The notes: generated by a model from the letters alone, not told the origin. A stretch of DNA of 64,000 nt from an uncultured Gammaproteobacteria bacterium (GCA_964522405.1 CAZFTR010000001.1:4602-68601); one strand, 5' to 3'. Shown: positions 21,298 to 30,670, counted from the first letter of the stretch. A program made the numbers and translations.

Positions 21298-21336
21298 ATT
21301 TCATTTATTAATTTAGGTCTATATAAGAGTAACAGT

Positions 21337-21996
21337 CTATTTTCCCTTGGTCAAGCTGTCGATAAGTTGATTTAAGTCTTCAACATTTTCTTTTATAGTT
21401 TTTTCAGTATGAAAAACCGCACTCCCGGGACAAATTGCATCAACACCACTGGTGGAAATGTCTGGAATAGTTTCCAGATTTACTCCACCATCAAGAGAAA
21501 CAAACAGATCAGGATATTTTTCTTTTAGGTTTTTAATTCTTTCAGTGGTTTCCGGAATATACTTTTGCTTTTGAAAGCCCGGGACTACGCCCATGAACAT
21601 AACCGCATCAAGCTCTGAAATAAATTCATCTAAAACATCAATTGAGGTATCAGGATTGAGAACAATTCCAACCTTATGTCCTAGATTTTTTATAGAATTA
21701 ATAGTTTCAGCAATTTCAGTTTTCTCTACAGCTTCATAGTGAAATAAAACCCTTTTAATTTGGTGAACATCAGCCCATTTTGCAGTTTCTTCTACCGGGT
21801 TTGAGGTCATAAGATGAAGTTCAGCATCAATTTTCAGAAGTTCCTTGGTAACTTTCGGATCTCGCCAAGTGGTATTTGGTACAAATTTTCCATCAGCAAT
21901 ATCAATTTGAACCATTTTTATATATTTTTGTACCTCAAGAATCTGCTGGGTAAATTCTTCTTTTGATTGTACAAGTAAAGATGGAATTATCTGCAT
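21337..21996 (-). CDS. rpe: Ribulose-phosphate 3-epimerase
   Basis: DIADGKFVPN, ELHLM, MGVVPGF, DGGVN. Confidence 0.9.
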   Translation of the reverse strand: MQIIPSLLVQSKEEFTQQILEVQKYIKMVQIDIADGKFVPNTTWRDPKVTKELLKIDAELHLMTSNPVEETAKWADVHQIKRVLFHYEAVEKTEIAETINSIKNLGHKVGIVLNPDTSIDVLDEFISELDAVMFMGVVPGFQKQKYIPETTERIKNLKEKYPDLFVSLDGGVNLETIPDISTSGVDAICPGSAVFHTEKTIKENVEDLNQLIDSLTKGK

Positions 21997-22003
21997 ATCA
22001 CTC

Positions 22004-22456
22004 TTATTTTTCAAGTTCTGCTACTTTGCCAAGTCTGCGTATATGTCGCTCATCACCACTAAATTCAGTTTCAAGCCATTTTTTGACCATTGCCAGGTGG
22101 TGATCTTCGCTTCCGAGTTTGGCTGCAAGGCAAAGCACATTAGTATTGTCATCTAGAACCATAGTCTCTGCAGCAGATAGATTATATCCAATTCCAGCCC
22201 GCACACCATTTACTTTGTTTGCAGCAATACAGACACCAACTCCATTTTTACAGATTAGAATTCCTCGTCCATTAGTTTCAGCGACTTTTTGAGCTAGCGG
22301 AATTGCATAATCCGGATAATCATCTGTTTCAATGTATTCAAAAGGGCCTAAATCTTCAATTTCAAGTTTGAGTTCGTTTTCAAGATAGCGAATAATCCGT
22401 TTTTTTAGTTGATATCCTCCATGATCTGATCCTATAAATAGCTTTCCTTGGTACAT
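22004..22456 (-). CDS. rpiB: Ribose-5-phosphate isomerase B
   Basis: GSDHGG, DYPDYA, ANKVNGVRA, RHIRRL. Confidence 0.92.
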   Translation of the reverse strand: MYQGKLFIGSDHGGYQLKKRIIRYLENELKLEIEDLGPFEYIETDDYPDYAIPLAQKVAETNGRGILICKNGVGVCIAANKVNGVRAGIGYNLSAAETMVLDDNTNVLCLAAKLGSEDHHLAMVKKWLETEFSGDERHIRRLGKVAELEK

Positions 22457-22591
22457 AATATATTGTTTATATTTAACTAGAAAAAATACTGTGATTATAT
22501 TGTAGCATAGAGATAGTTTGTGATAAAGGGAGTTTATGATTAGGTGAAATTGTGTTATAGTTTAACCAATATCGACTACATGGGGAGATGT

Positions 22592-22756
22592 ATGGTTTCC
22601 AGGTTGGGAAAGGAGCCGGTGGTGCTGGTCAAGGTTGTCTGGGGCGGGCTCAGCCCGGAGGATATTGCGGTTTACCGTCAAATCGCTAGGGACACAGTGG
22701 AGCGTTCCAAGCAAAATCGCTGCCATGGATGCGGCAGACCAAAGAAGGGGGAATGA
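22592..22756 (+). CDS. Small GC-rich orphan protein (about 54 aa) with C-terminal CxxC
   Basis: GGGGAG SD before ATG, upstream TGnTATAGT -10, downstream terminator. Confidence 0.45.
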   Translation: MVSRLGKEPVVLVKVVWGGLSPEDIAVYRQIARDTVERSKQNRCHGCGRPKKGE

Positions 22757-22959
22757 TGGGGGGCGCCACTCCATCTCGGATTGGCAAACTCGAAAAAACA
22801 TGAGAGAATCATGTTTTTTTGATATTAAATTTATCAAAACAAAAAAACAGCTTTTGCTGTTTTTCAGTACTTCCTAAAAATTCAAAAAAAATACTAAGGA
22901 AGGGGTGGGGCGGAAGGAATCACGGCGGGAGTCGCTGCGATCATCGCCCCGAGGGGGGA

Positions 22960-23631
22960 CTAGGCATCGATGGCCTCGAAGATCTGGGATCTGGGGCGGT
23001 CGGGGAGGGCGCGGGGCATGGCGTCGAGGGTCGTCATGTCCGCGTACCAGGCCTGCATGTAGCCGGTGGGACGGTGTTGGTCAGCGCTCGGCGCCGAGGC
23101 CTGGGCTCGGCTCTGGAGCAGGACGGCATTGAGCCGTTCCGGGTCGTTCTGGAACATCCAGAGCAGGAACTTCATCTGAAGCGCCTCCTCCTGGCTCATC
23201 TGGGGGATCTGGCCCGGACTGACCTTGGAGATCCGCTGACCCATGGTACGGAACAGGCCGTCGGCAGCCCTCAGCGCGGCCAGACGGTGCATCATGTTCT
23301 GGTTGTCCGGTTCCACCACTTGACTGCTCTCTTCGAGCGAAGCCCGCACCTTTTCCGGAATCTCTTCGCCGGCGGTTTCGTTGCCAGTGAAGATCAGGCG
23401 GTAGCGTGTCCGTTGACCCACGGGGATCTCGAGAATCAGTGCCAGCGGCGGGTTTTGGGCGATGGTGTACTCCAGGTAACACTCGATCATGTTTTCCGGA
23501 TCCTTGACTCCGGAGTCAGGGGGCTTGCTGTCTTCGTACGACTTCATGGCATTGTGCCAGTGCCAGAGAGTCAAGAAGAAGCCCAGGATCAGGACTGTGA
23601 TGAGGAGAGTCAGGAGGGTGAGAGAGTCCAT
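22960..23631 (-). CDS. GC-rich orphan single-pass membrane protein
   Basis: AAGGAGG SD before MDSLTLL; N-terminal TM; much higher GC than flanks. Confidence 0.7.
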   Translation of the reverse strand: MDSLTLLTLLITVLILGFFLTLWHWHNAMKSYEDSKPPDSGVKDPENMIECYLEYTIAQNPPLALILEIPVGQRTRYRLIFTGNETAGEEIPEKVRASLEESSQVVEPDNQNMMHRLAALRAADGLFRTMGQRISKVSPGQIPQMSQEEALQMKFLLWMFQNDPERLNAVLLQSRAQASAPSADQHRPTGYMQAWYADMTTLDAMPRALPDRPRSQIFEAIDA

Positions 23632-23760
23632 ATCGTGCCTCCTTGAGGCTTCCGGTTCTAGTCTGTTCAGTATTGTTGTCTTTTTTTGATAAAAAGTCAA
23701 GTCTGGAGTTTAGATTGACAAAACAACAATTTTGTCCTAATATGGGTATACAATTATAAA

Positions 23761-23935
23761 AGCGCAATACTCGCTATCAACGAGGATTCTGAGTCTCAGA
23801 AGCGCTGAAAGAAGAAAAACTTATATAAAGTTTAGTAGAATTTTCCGGGTAAGCCCGTAATAGCAGAAATTAAGAGCCACTTTGGAAGTGAGATGGTACC
23901 GCCCGATATTGGGTTCTCATGTGAGTGGTTTTTTA
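23761..23935 (+). promoter_or_regulatory. T-box riboswitch (Ile) upstream of ileS
   Basis: AGTAG and GCCCGTAA boxes, GAGATGGTACCGC antiterminator bulge, U-tract; candidate ATC specifier at 23776-23778; TTGACA promoter upstream. Confidence 0.75.
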
Positions 23936-23954
23936 TTTATTATTAGTAAATTTG

Positions 23955-24059
23955 TTTAACCGTATTTATTATAAAATTCAACTCAGCTCTACAGAAATAA
24001 TTTGATATTCAGTTTAAATTGATCGCTCAACGTTTCATTTTATAATAAATACGGTTAAA
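23955..24059. repeat. Long inverted repeat around a roughly 58-nt spacer
   Basis: TTTAACCGTATTTATTATAAAAT / ATTTTATAATAAATACGGTTAAA. Confidence 0.85.
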
Positions 24060-24083
24060 TTAACTCAAGCTATTAATTCATGT

Positions 24084-27053
24084 ATGCCTTACGAATCAAA
24101 TAAACATGAACTTGAAATAAAAAAGTTCTGGGACAACAACAAAATTTTTGAAAAATCTATAAATGAGCGTCCGGAAGATCAGCCCTATGTTTTTTATGAT
24201 GGTCCACCATTTGCAACCGGCTTGCCACATTATGGACATATAGTTGCCAGTTTGATGAAAGATGTTGTTCCCAGATATTGGACTATGCAAGGAAAGCGGG
24301 TTGAGCGTCTTTGGGGTTGGGATTGTCATGGTTTGCCGATTGAAAATATTGTTGAAAAAGAAATTGGATCAAAAAGTAAACAAGATATTGAAGAAATGGG
24401 AGTTGAAAAATTCAATGAGTCCTGTCGCTCAAAAGTTTTACATTATATAGATGAATGGAAAAGGACTATTCAAAGACTTGGACGCTGGGTTGATATGGAC
24501 AATGCCTACAAAACCATGGACAAAGATTATATGGAGTCAGTTTGGTGGGTTTTCAAAGAGCTTTGGGACAATGGTTTTGTTTATAAAGGATATAAATCAA
24601 TGCATGTTTGTCCACGTTGTGAGACAACACTTTCTCAGCAAGAAGTAAGTGAAGGTTACAAAGACATAAAAGATCTTTCCGCAACTGTAAAGTTTAAAAT
24701 TACCTCTACAATTTCAGATATTCATCAAGACCTGGGTGTGTGTAATGATCTCTTTGTTCTAGCTTGGACAACTACCCCTTGGACACTTCCTGGAAATGCC
24801 CTTTTGGCAGTTGGTGAGGATATTGAATATACAGTTGTTAAATTTGAAGGCTCTTGTTATGTGGTTGCCAAAGAAAGATTAATTGAAGTTTTTGATGAAA
24901 GAGAATTTGAAGTTGTTCAGCAATTAAAAGGAAAAGACCTGTTAGGTTTGGAATATGAGCCATTGTTTCCATATTATACTGATACAGAAAATGCTTTTAA
25001 GGTTGTGGCAGGAGATTTTGTAAGCACAGAAGAAGGAACAGGCGTGGTGCATATAGCTCCGGCTTTTGGTGAGGATGATTATCAAACAGGAAAAAAAGAA
25101 AAAACCGGCTGGGTCCAGCATGTTTCAATGAATGGAAAATTTAAGCCGGAAGTTGCAGATTTTGCAGGTCAGCAAGTTAAGCCAATAGAAGATCCTCAAA
25201 AAACAGATATAGAAATAATTAAATGGCTTGCTCACAATGAAAAGTTATTTTCAAAGAAAAAATATCTACATAGTTATCCGCATTGTTGGAGATGTGACAC
25301 CCCTCTAATAAATTACGCAACAGATTCCTGGTTCGTAAATGTAGAAAAATTAAAAAAGGACGCGCTTAAACATGCCAAAGAAATAAATTGGTCTCCAGAA
25401 CATATGAAAGAGGGGCGTTTTGGGAAGTGGCTAGAAGGAGCACGAGATTGGTCAATTTCTCGCCAGCGTTTTTGGGCATCAGTAATTCCAATTTGGGAAT
25501 GTGATAAGACAGGTGAATTTCATGTTATCGGTTCTGTAGAAGAACTTGAGAAATTAACCGGAGAAAAAATAGAAGACCTACATAAGCATACAGTAGATAA
25601 ACTAACTTGGAAAAATCAAAAAACAGGAGGAACTATGAAACGAATTCCAGATGTTCTTGATTGTTGGTTTGAAGCAGGTTCAATGCCTTACGCCCAAGTT
25701 CATTATCCATTTGCCAATCAAGAAAAATTTGAAGCAAGTTTTCCAGCAGAATTTATTGCCGAAGGACAAGATCAAACACGAGCCTGGTTTTATTATCTGC
25801 ATATTATTGCAACAGGTGTAAAACAAAAACATGCATTTAACAATGTGGTGGTAAATGGAATAGTTCTAGCAGAAGACGGAAAGAAGATGAGTAAGAAATT
25901 ACAAAATTATCCAGACCCAATGGTTGTGCTGGAGAAATACGGAGCAGATGCGCTTAGATACTACTTGGTGAGTTCACCGGTGATGCAAGCAGAAACTTTG
26001 AATTTTTCAGAAGAAGGTGTTCGAGAAGTTTTTAATAAGGTTGTCAATACACTTTGGAATGTAGGTAGTTTTTATGAGATGTTTGCAGATGAAAATTCAA
26101 AGTTCGATTTAGAATTGGCAAAGAATTCAAAAAATGTTTTGGATAAATGGATACTTGCCAAACTACATAGATTGCTTGAAGAAGTTACAAAAGAAATGAA
26201 TGAATACAGACTTAATGATGCATCTCGCCCAATTTTAGATTTTATATTAGATCTTTCACAGTGGTATGTGCGCAGATCAAGAGATAGATTTAAAGGTGAT
26301 GATGAAGAAGATAAAAAAGCAGCACTTGCTACGCTCCATGAAGTTCTTTTAACTCTTTCAAAAATCATGGCACCGTTTACTCCGTTTATTGCAGAGAAGA
26401 TTTATAAAGAAGTTGGTGGTGAGAAAGAATCTGTTCATTTGGATATGTGGCCAGAGGTGGATCAAAATATTTTGCTAGCAAACACGAATCTCTTAGTGGA
26501 TATGGAATCAGTCAGAGAAGTAGTTAAGCTTGGAAATTCTCTTAGAAAAGAAAACTCATTGAAAGTTAGACAGCCGCTTGCAAGTTTAAAAGCAGTTGCT
26601 ACTCTCTCAGGAGATAAAGATTATCTTGAGCAATATCAAAAAATTATTTCAGAAGAATTAAATATTAAGAAAGTTGAGTTAAGAAATTTACCTGGAAATA
26701 AAGAAATGGAAGAGATGAGAAGTTTGGCAAATGATAAAATTAAAGTTGCCGAAGATCAAAGATCTATCGTAGTCCTTAACACAGAAATAACCCCACAACT
26801 CGCCAAAGAAGGACTTCTCCGCGAAACAATCCGCGCCATAAATCAAATCAGAAAACAACAAGGCTTGATAATGCATGACCAAGTTCTTGTAGAATTTTCA
26901 ACAGAAGATAAAGTATTAAATGAAATCTTTACAAAAGCAGAATTTGCAGAAGAATTAAAAAAACAAACACTCACAAGTGAAATCAAATCAGGTGGAACTG
27001 AAGAAATAGAAATAGATAAAAGAAAAATTAAGATAATTGTGAAAAAAGCGTAA
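24084..27053 (+). CDS. ileS: Isoleucine--tRNA ligase (IleRS2-type)
   Basis: DGPPFATGLPHYGH, WTTTPWTLP, KMSKK. Confidence 0.97.
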   Translation: MPYESNKHELEIKKFWDNNKIFEKSINERPEDQPYVFYDGPPFATGLPHYGHIVASLMKDVVPRYWTMQGKRVERLWGWDCHGLPIENIVEKEIGSKSKQDIEEMGVEKFNESCRSKVLHYIDEWKRTIQRLGRWVDMDNAYKTMDKDYMESVWWVFKELWDNGFVYKGYKSMHVCPRCETTLSQQEVSEGYKDIKDLSATVKFKITSTISDIHQDLGVCNDLFVLAWTTTPWTLPGNALLAVGEDIEYTVVKFEGSCYVVAKERLIEVFDEREFEVVQQLKGKDLLGLEYEPLFPYYTDTENAFKVVAGDFVSTEEGTGVVHIAPAFGEDDYQTGKKEKTGWVQHVSMNGKFKPEVADFAGQQVKPIEDPQKTDIEIIKWLAHNEKLFSKKKYLHSYPHCWRCDTPLINYATDSWFVNVEKLKKDALKHAKEINWSPEHMKEGRFGKWLEGARDWSISRQRFWASVIPIWECDKTGEFHVIGSVEELEKLTGEKIEDLHKHTVDKLTWKNQKTGGTMKRIPDVLDCWFEAGSMPYAQVHYPFANQEKFEASFPAEFIAEGQDQTRAWFYYLHIIATGVKQKHAFNNVVVNGIVLAEDGKKMSKKLQNYPDPMVVLEKYGADALRYYLVSSPVMQAETLNFSEEGVREVFNKVVNTLWNVGSFYEMFADENSKFDLELAKNSKNVLDKWILAKLHRLLEEVTKEMNEYRLNDASRPILDFILDLSQWYVRRSRDRFKGDDEEDKKAALATLHEVLLTLSKIMAPFTPFIAEKIYKEVGGEKESVHLDMWPEVDQNILLANTNLLVDMESVREVVKLGNSLRKENSLKVRQPLASLKAVATLSGDKDYLEQYQKIISEELNIKKVELRNLPGNKEMEEMRSLANDKIKVAEDQRSIVVLNTEITPQLAKEGLLRETIRAINQIRKQQGLIMHDQVLVEFSTEDKVLNEIFTKAEFAEELKKQTLTSEIKSGGTEEIEIDKRKIKIIVKKA

Positions 27054-27090
27054 TAAAAAAGTTTCCCCTCCTTTTTAAGTAGGGGCTATG

Positions 27091-27114
27091 CCACGTCAGT
27101 CGCGACTGACGTGG
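27091..27114. repeat. Perfect 24-bp palindrome
   Basis: CCACGTCAGTCGCGACTGACGTGG. Confidence 0.9.
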
Positions 27115-27148
27115 TTAGGGGGTGGTTTACTCTACACTTCTAACAAAT

Positions 27149-27175
27149 AAAAAACACCCGAATCGGGTGTTTTTT
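27149..27175. terminator. Bidirectional intrinsic terminator
   Basis: AAAAAACACCCG-AAT-CGGGTGTTTTTT. Confidence 0.85.
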
Positions 27176-27190
27176 AAATGGTGGTTTTTA

Positions 27191-27679
27191 TGATCGCGCC
27201 ACACCGGAATTCACAATAGTTTATAAAATCCGGTGTGGCGGCGCGATCAAGTGTCTGTTCACGAGGTTGTTGTCCCTCGTTTACCAGAATCAATCCACCA
27301 CCTCTCCCTTATTTACTACTAACGCTCTTCTGGCGCTTTCGTTTTATTCTCGATAGGGAGCTGTTCTAATCGCGTTGCACGATCAGTCTAACGGGTACAG
27401 CCATGAACGGCTTCACGAACAGGCTGTTCGTATCGATCCAAACTGTTCCTGCATTGCACAGAAAACGACTGGTTTCGCGCTTTTTTGTGTGCGCGTGCTT
27501 CAGTCTCAGAATGATCGGAGTGGGTTCTTGCCGGGGTAGGTGCTACAGTCAATATATCTTGCCTTGGAATGAAGTCGAACCGGGCTTCAATCTTTGGTTT
27601 GATACTCGTGTAGAGCCTTATTCAGTCGTTCGGGTGACTGTCACACGTAGTAGGATCAGATCCTCTACGGTGCTGGTAG
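27191..27679 (-). ncRNA. Candidate long structured 3' trailer RNA of module A
   Basis: About 490 nt, GC-rich, no long minus-strand ORF; long hairpin 27191-27249; short motifs shared with 28260-28569. Confidence 0.45.
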
Positions 27680-28141
27680 CTATCGCTTGCCGTACTTTTT
27701 ACGCAGGCTGCGACGCTCGATTTCGCGCTCCAGGAGATCCACCGCTTTTTTGGCTTCCTTGAGCCACCAGTGGCGGATGTCATGGATGTTGCCTTCTTTC
27801 AGGCACTTCCAGAGGAGCCAGAGCCAGTACTGGGTACCGTCTTCTTCGCCGTAGATCAGCGTTTCGAACGGTTCGGGGAGGTTGAAGCCCCCGTCCTTGT
27901 GCTCGGTCATCTCGAATCCCTTGTCGCCATTCTCAACTGCTGCGGCGACCAGGTCGACGAGTCTGTCCTCTCTGCGGTAGAGCTGTCTCTCCTCGCGCAT
28001 GACAGCGAGGAAATCAGTCCAGTCCTCCATGTACGCGGGGACGTAACTGAGGAACTGCTCACTCATCTCACCCACCCAGTGCTCGTGCCTATCAGCAACG
28101 AATTCCGTGTAGGAGAGATCCAAAAACTCTCTTCTATCCAT
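27680..28141 (-). CDS. GC-rich orphan protein (153 aa), module A
   Basis: GGAG SD; GC3-biased codons; ends KYGKR. Confidence 0.7.
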   Translation of the reverse strand: MDRREFLDLSYTEFVADRHEHWVGEMSEQFLSYVPAYMEDWTDFLAVMREERQLYRREDRLVDLVAAAVENGDKGFEMTEHKDGGFNLPEPFETLIYGEEDGTQYWLWLLWKCLKEGNIHDIRHWWLKEAKKAVDLLEREIERRSLRKKYGKR

Positions 28142-28147
28142 CTAACA

Positions 28148-28259
28148 CTCCGAAGCTACTGCCCCGGCCCCGTGCCGGGGAGCTCCGAGATCTCTCTCGG
28201 TTATATCTAGCAAATTTTGCAAAATATAATCGAGAGAGATTTTTGAGTTTTAAATGTCA
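28148..28259 (-). promoter_or_regulatory. Conserved structured 5' leader, copy A
   Basis: Aligns with 28882-29019; stems are preserved despite substitutions. Confidence 0.75.
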
Positions 28260-28569
28260 GCTTTCAAATTATACAAACGAATTATATAATTTGGAACTGT
28301 CCCGAGGCTGAAGCTTCGGGTGAGTTTCTGGCGCTGTTGCGACCTGAGTCGCGAGGCGCAGTTGGTCTTGCTCTTAGAGTGTTGGGGGAGCTGATTGACC
28401 CTACCCCTTCTACTGATTTCGAACTTGTCGCACAGCCGGTTTTCTGGCTCTCTACCTACTCAATTGCCAACTCGTGGCATCCACATCTAGATTTCCCCGA
28501 AAGTTCAGAGAAACTCTCGGTCCACAGGAGCGGAGTTAAATCCGCATCTTCATCGATTAGAAATCGATG
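28260..28569 (-). ncRNA. Candidate structured 3' trailer RNA of module B
   Basis: Consecutive hairpins ATCGAT/ATCGAT, GCGGA/TCCGC, GCGAC/GTCGC, CCCGA/TCGGG, CAAATTATA/TATAATTTG. Confidence 0.5.
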
Positions 28570-28872
28570 CTACTTGCTTCCCTCCTGGTGTTTCACCAGA
28601 CGTCGATGGACTTTCTCATCGGCGTAGTCCAGCTCGAGTCGGAGCATCGCGTCCTCGAAGGAGCTCAGCGCTTTCTCGACGCTGTCCGGCGTCGTCGTCT
28701 CGGTGGTGGTGATCGACTGGGAGATCGGATCGGCCCATGCATGGAGGATGCGCGTGGCACGTTTTCCGTACTTGTGGCGCGCGCCTTCGGGCATGTTGCG
28801 CATGACAGAGGTCAGTCGGTTCTCGAGCGCCTCGAGACGGACCTGGAAAAGATATTGCTCGCTTTTCTTCAT
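28570..28872 (-). CDS. GC-rich orphan protein (100 aa), module B
   Basis: GGAG SD at the end of the conserved leader; contains KYGKR. Confidence 0.65.
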   Translation of the reverse strand: MKKSEQYLFQVRLEALENRLTSVMRNMPEGARHKYGKRATRILHAWADPISQSITTTETTTPDSVEKALSSFEDAMLRLELDYADEKVHRRLVKHQEGSK

Positions 28873-28881
28873 CTTTCTTTT

Positions 28882-29019
28882 CTCCAAAGCCACTGCCCTG
28901 GCCCTTTACCAGGGAGCCCAAGAGATTTCCCTTGGTTAAGCGAAAAAAGCAGATAACCGCTTAAATTAGGCAAAAGCCTAAATTTTCGCTAAATCAAGGG
29001 AAATTTCAGTGAATTGTCA
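28882..29019 (-). promoter_or_regulatory. Conserved structured 5' leader, copy B
   Basis: Aligns with 28148-28259. Confidence 0.75.
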
Positions 29020-29036
29020 ATAACGGCTAACAATTA

Positions 29037-29065
29037 ATTATAGCAGGTTTTGACGGTTTTGTCAA
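29037..29065 (-). promoter_or_regulatory. Consensus sigma70 promoter for modules B and A, overlapping a divergent pepA promoter
   Basis: TTGACA-17 nt-TATAAT with TG extension on the minus strand. Confidence 0.85.
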
Positions 29066-29111
29066 TGAGTGGTAAAATTAGATAACGACTTCAAAAATTA
29101 ACTAAAAAATT

Positions 29112-30596
29112 ATGATTAAATACACAAATGCTCCGGAATTGACCAAAAATACTGAATTTTTGATTGTTCCTGTACTTGAGGAGAAAGGTTTAGATGCTTG
29201 GACCAAGAAATTAGACCAGGAATATGGTGGACTTTTATCAAAAGCCATTGATACAGAAGAATTTGAATCAAAAAAGCTGCAAACTGTTCTACTTTTTACT
29301 TCAAATGAAAAAACTACCTATATTCTACTAGTTGGTTTGGGAGAAAAAAAGAATTTGAATATTGAAACCTGGAAACGGGTAGTTGGTGTGGGTGTTATAG
29401 CAGCACAAAGCAAAAAACAAACTAAACTTGGGCTTTATGTTTCTTCTAAGATCTTGAAAGTTTTTGATAGTAAACATCTGGCACAAGAAACAGTTGTTGC
29501 TGTTGAAACTGCTAATTATGCTTTTGATAATTACAAAGAAGAAAAAGCAAAAGTAAAATCAATTGAAAGTTTTGAATTGTTGGGAAGTTTTAGTTCTTCT
29601 GAGCAAAAAGCAATTGAAAAAGGAATTAGTGATGGGCAGGTAATTGGTCAATCAGTTAACACAGCTAGAACTCTTGGAAATACATCCCCTTCAGAAATGT
29701 TTCCAGAACAGCTTGCCAAAGAAGCTGAGAAAATCGCCAAAGTAGTTCCAGGATTAAAAACCAAGGTTTTAAATCAAACAGAAATTGAAAAATTAAAAAT
29801 GGGTTCTTTTCTTGGTGTTGCTAGTGGATCACAACATGAACCGAAATTTATAATTATGGAGTATTGGGGAGCTGCAAAATCTCAGAAACCAACTGTCCTG
29901 GTTGGAAAAGGAATCACTTTTGATTCTGGTGGGCTGTCAATCAAGACTGGAAACTATATGTGTGATATGAAGTTTGATATGCTTGGCGCTGCAACTGCCA
30001 TTGCTACTATTGCTGCTGCTGCCAGACTTAAACTAAAGAAAAATATTATTACTCTTGCTCCAACTTGTGAAAATATGCCGGGCGGAGATGCTTATCGACC
30101 AGATGACATTCTTACTGCCATGAACGGAAAAACTATTGAAGTAAAAAATACAGATGCAGAAGGAAGACTTATACTTGCAGACGCATTGTGCTATGCTAGT
30201 AAATATCAGCCAAAAGAAGTTATAGATTTTGCAACGCTTACTGGAAGTTGTATGGCTGCGCTTGGTCTTGAAAGAAATGGTTTGTTTTCTCCTGAGCAAA
30301 AAATCGCAGATAAAATACTTGAGAGTAGCAAGGCAGTAGGTGAGCAACATTGGCAACTTCCGCTTGGAGAAGAATATAGCGAGTCTATGAAGAGTGAAAT
30401 TGCAGATATTTCAAATATAAGCAGTATTAGATATGGTGGAGCAAGCACTGCCGCTGCGTTTCTGCAATTTTTTACAGATTATGCCTGGGCTCATATAGAT
30501 CTTTCTGCAAGTTACCACAAAGGAAAAGGAAAACCATGGATCAGACATGGGGCAAATGGATCTGCGGTTCAGACTATGGTTGAGTATTTGAGGTAA
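29112..30596 (+). CDS. pepA: Leucyl aminopeptidase (M17)
   Basis: GKGITFDSGG, MKFDM, NTDAEGRL. Confidence 0.96.
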   Translation: MIKYTNAPELTKNTEFLIVPVLEEKGLDAWTKKLDQEYGGLLSKAIDTEEFESKKLQTVLLFTSNEKTTYILLVGLGEKKNLNIETWKRVVGVGVIAAQSKKQTKLGLYVSSKILKVFDSKHLAQETVVAVETANYAFDNYKEEKAKVKSIESFELLGSFSSSEQKAIEKGISDGQVIGQSVNTARTLGNTSPSEMFPEQLAKEAEKIAKVVPGLKTKVLNQTEIEKLKMGSFLGVASGSQHEPKFIIMEYWGAAKSQKPTVLVGKGITFDSGGLSIKTGNYMCDMKFDMLGAATAIATIAAAARLKLKKNIITLAPTCENMPGGDAYRPDDILTAMNGKTIEVKNTDAEGRLILADALCYASKYQPKEVIDFATLTGSCMAALGLERNGLFSPEQKIADKILESSKAVGEQHWQLPLGEEYSESMKSEIADISNISSIRYGGASTAAAFLQFFTDYAWAHIDLSASYHKGKGKPWIRHGANGSAVQTMVEYLR

Positions 30597-30600
30597 GTAG

Positions 30601-30670
30601 GGATCGCTTACGCGTTTATTAGGCTGGCTTGGGGTATTCGGATTTACGGATGATTCAGATAATACGGATC
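30601..30670. repeat. Dispersed intergenic repeat with CGGAT units, copy 1
   Basis: CTGGCTTGGGGTATTCGGAT (30624-30643) is identical to 56906-56925. Confidence 0.8.

Noticed and set aside
22819-23646. 275-aa plus-strand ORF, and similar shadow ORFs at 27770, 28567 and 45947
   Set aside because: Antisense shadows of GC-rich genes; the opposite-strand ORFs have the SD sites and plausible protein features.
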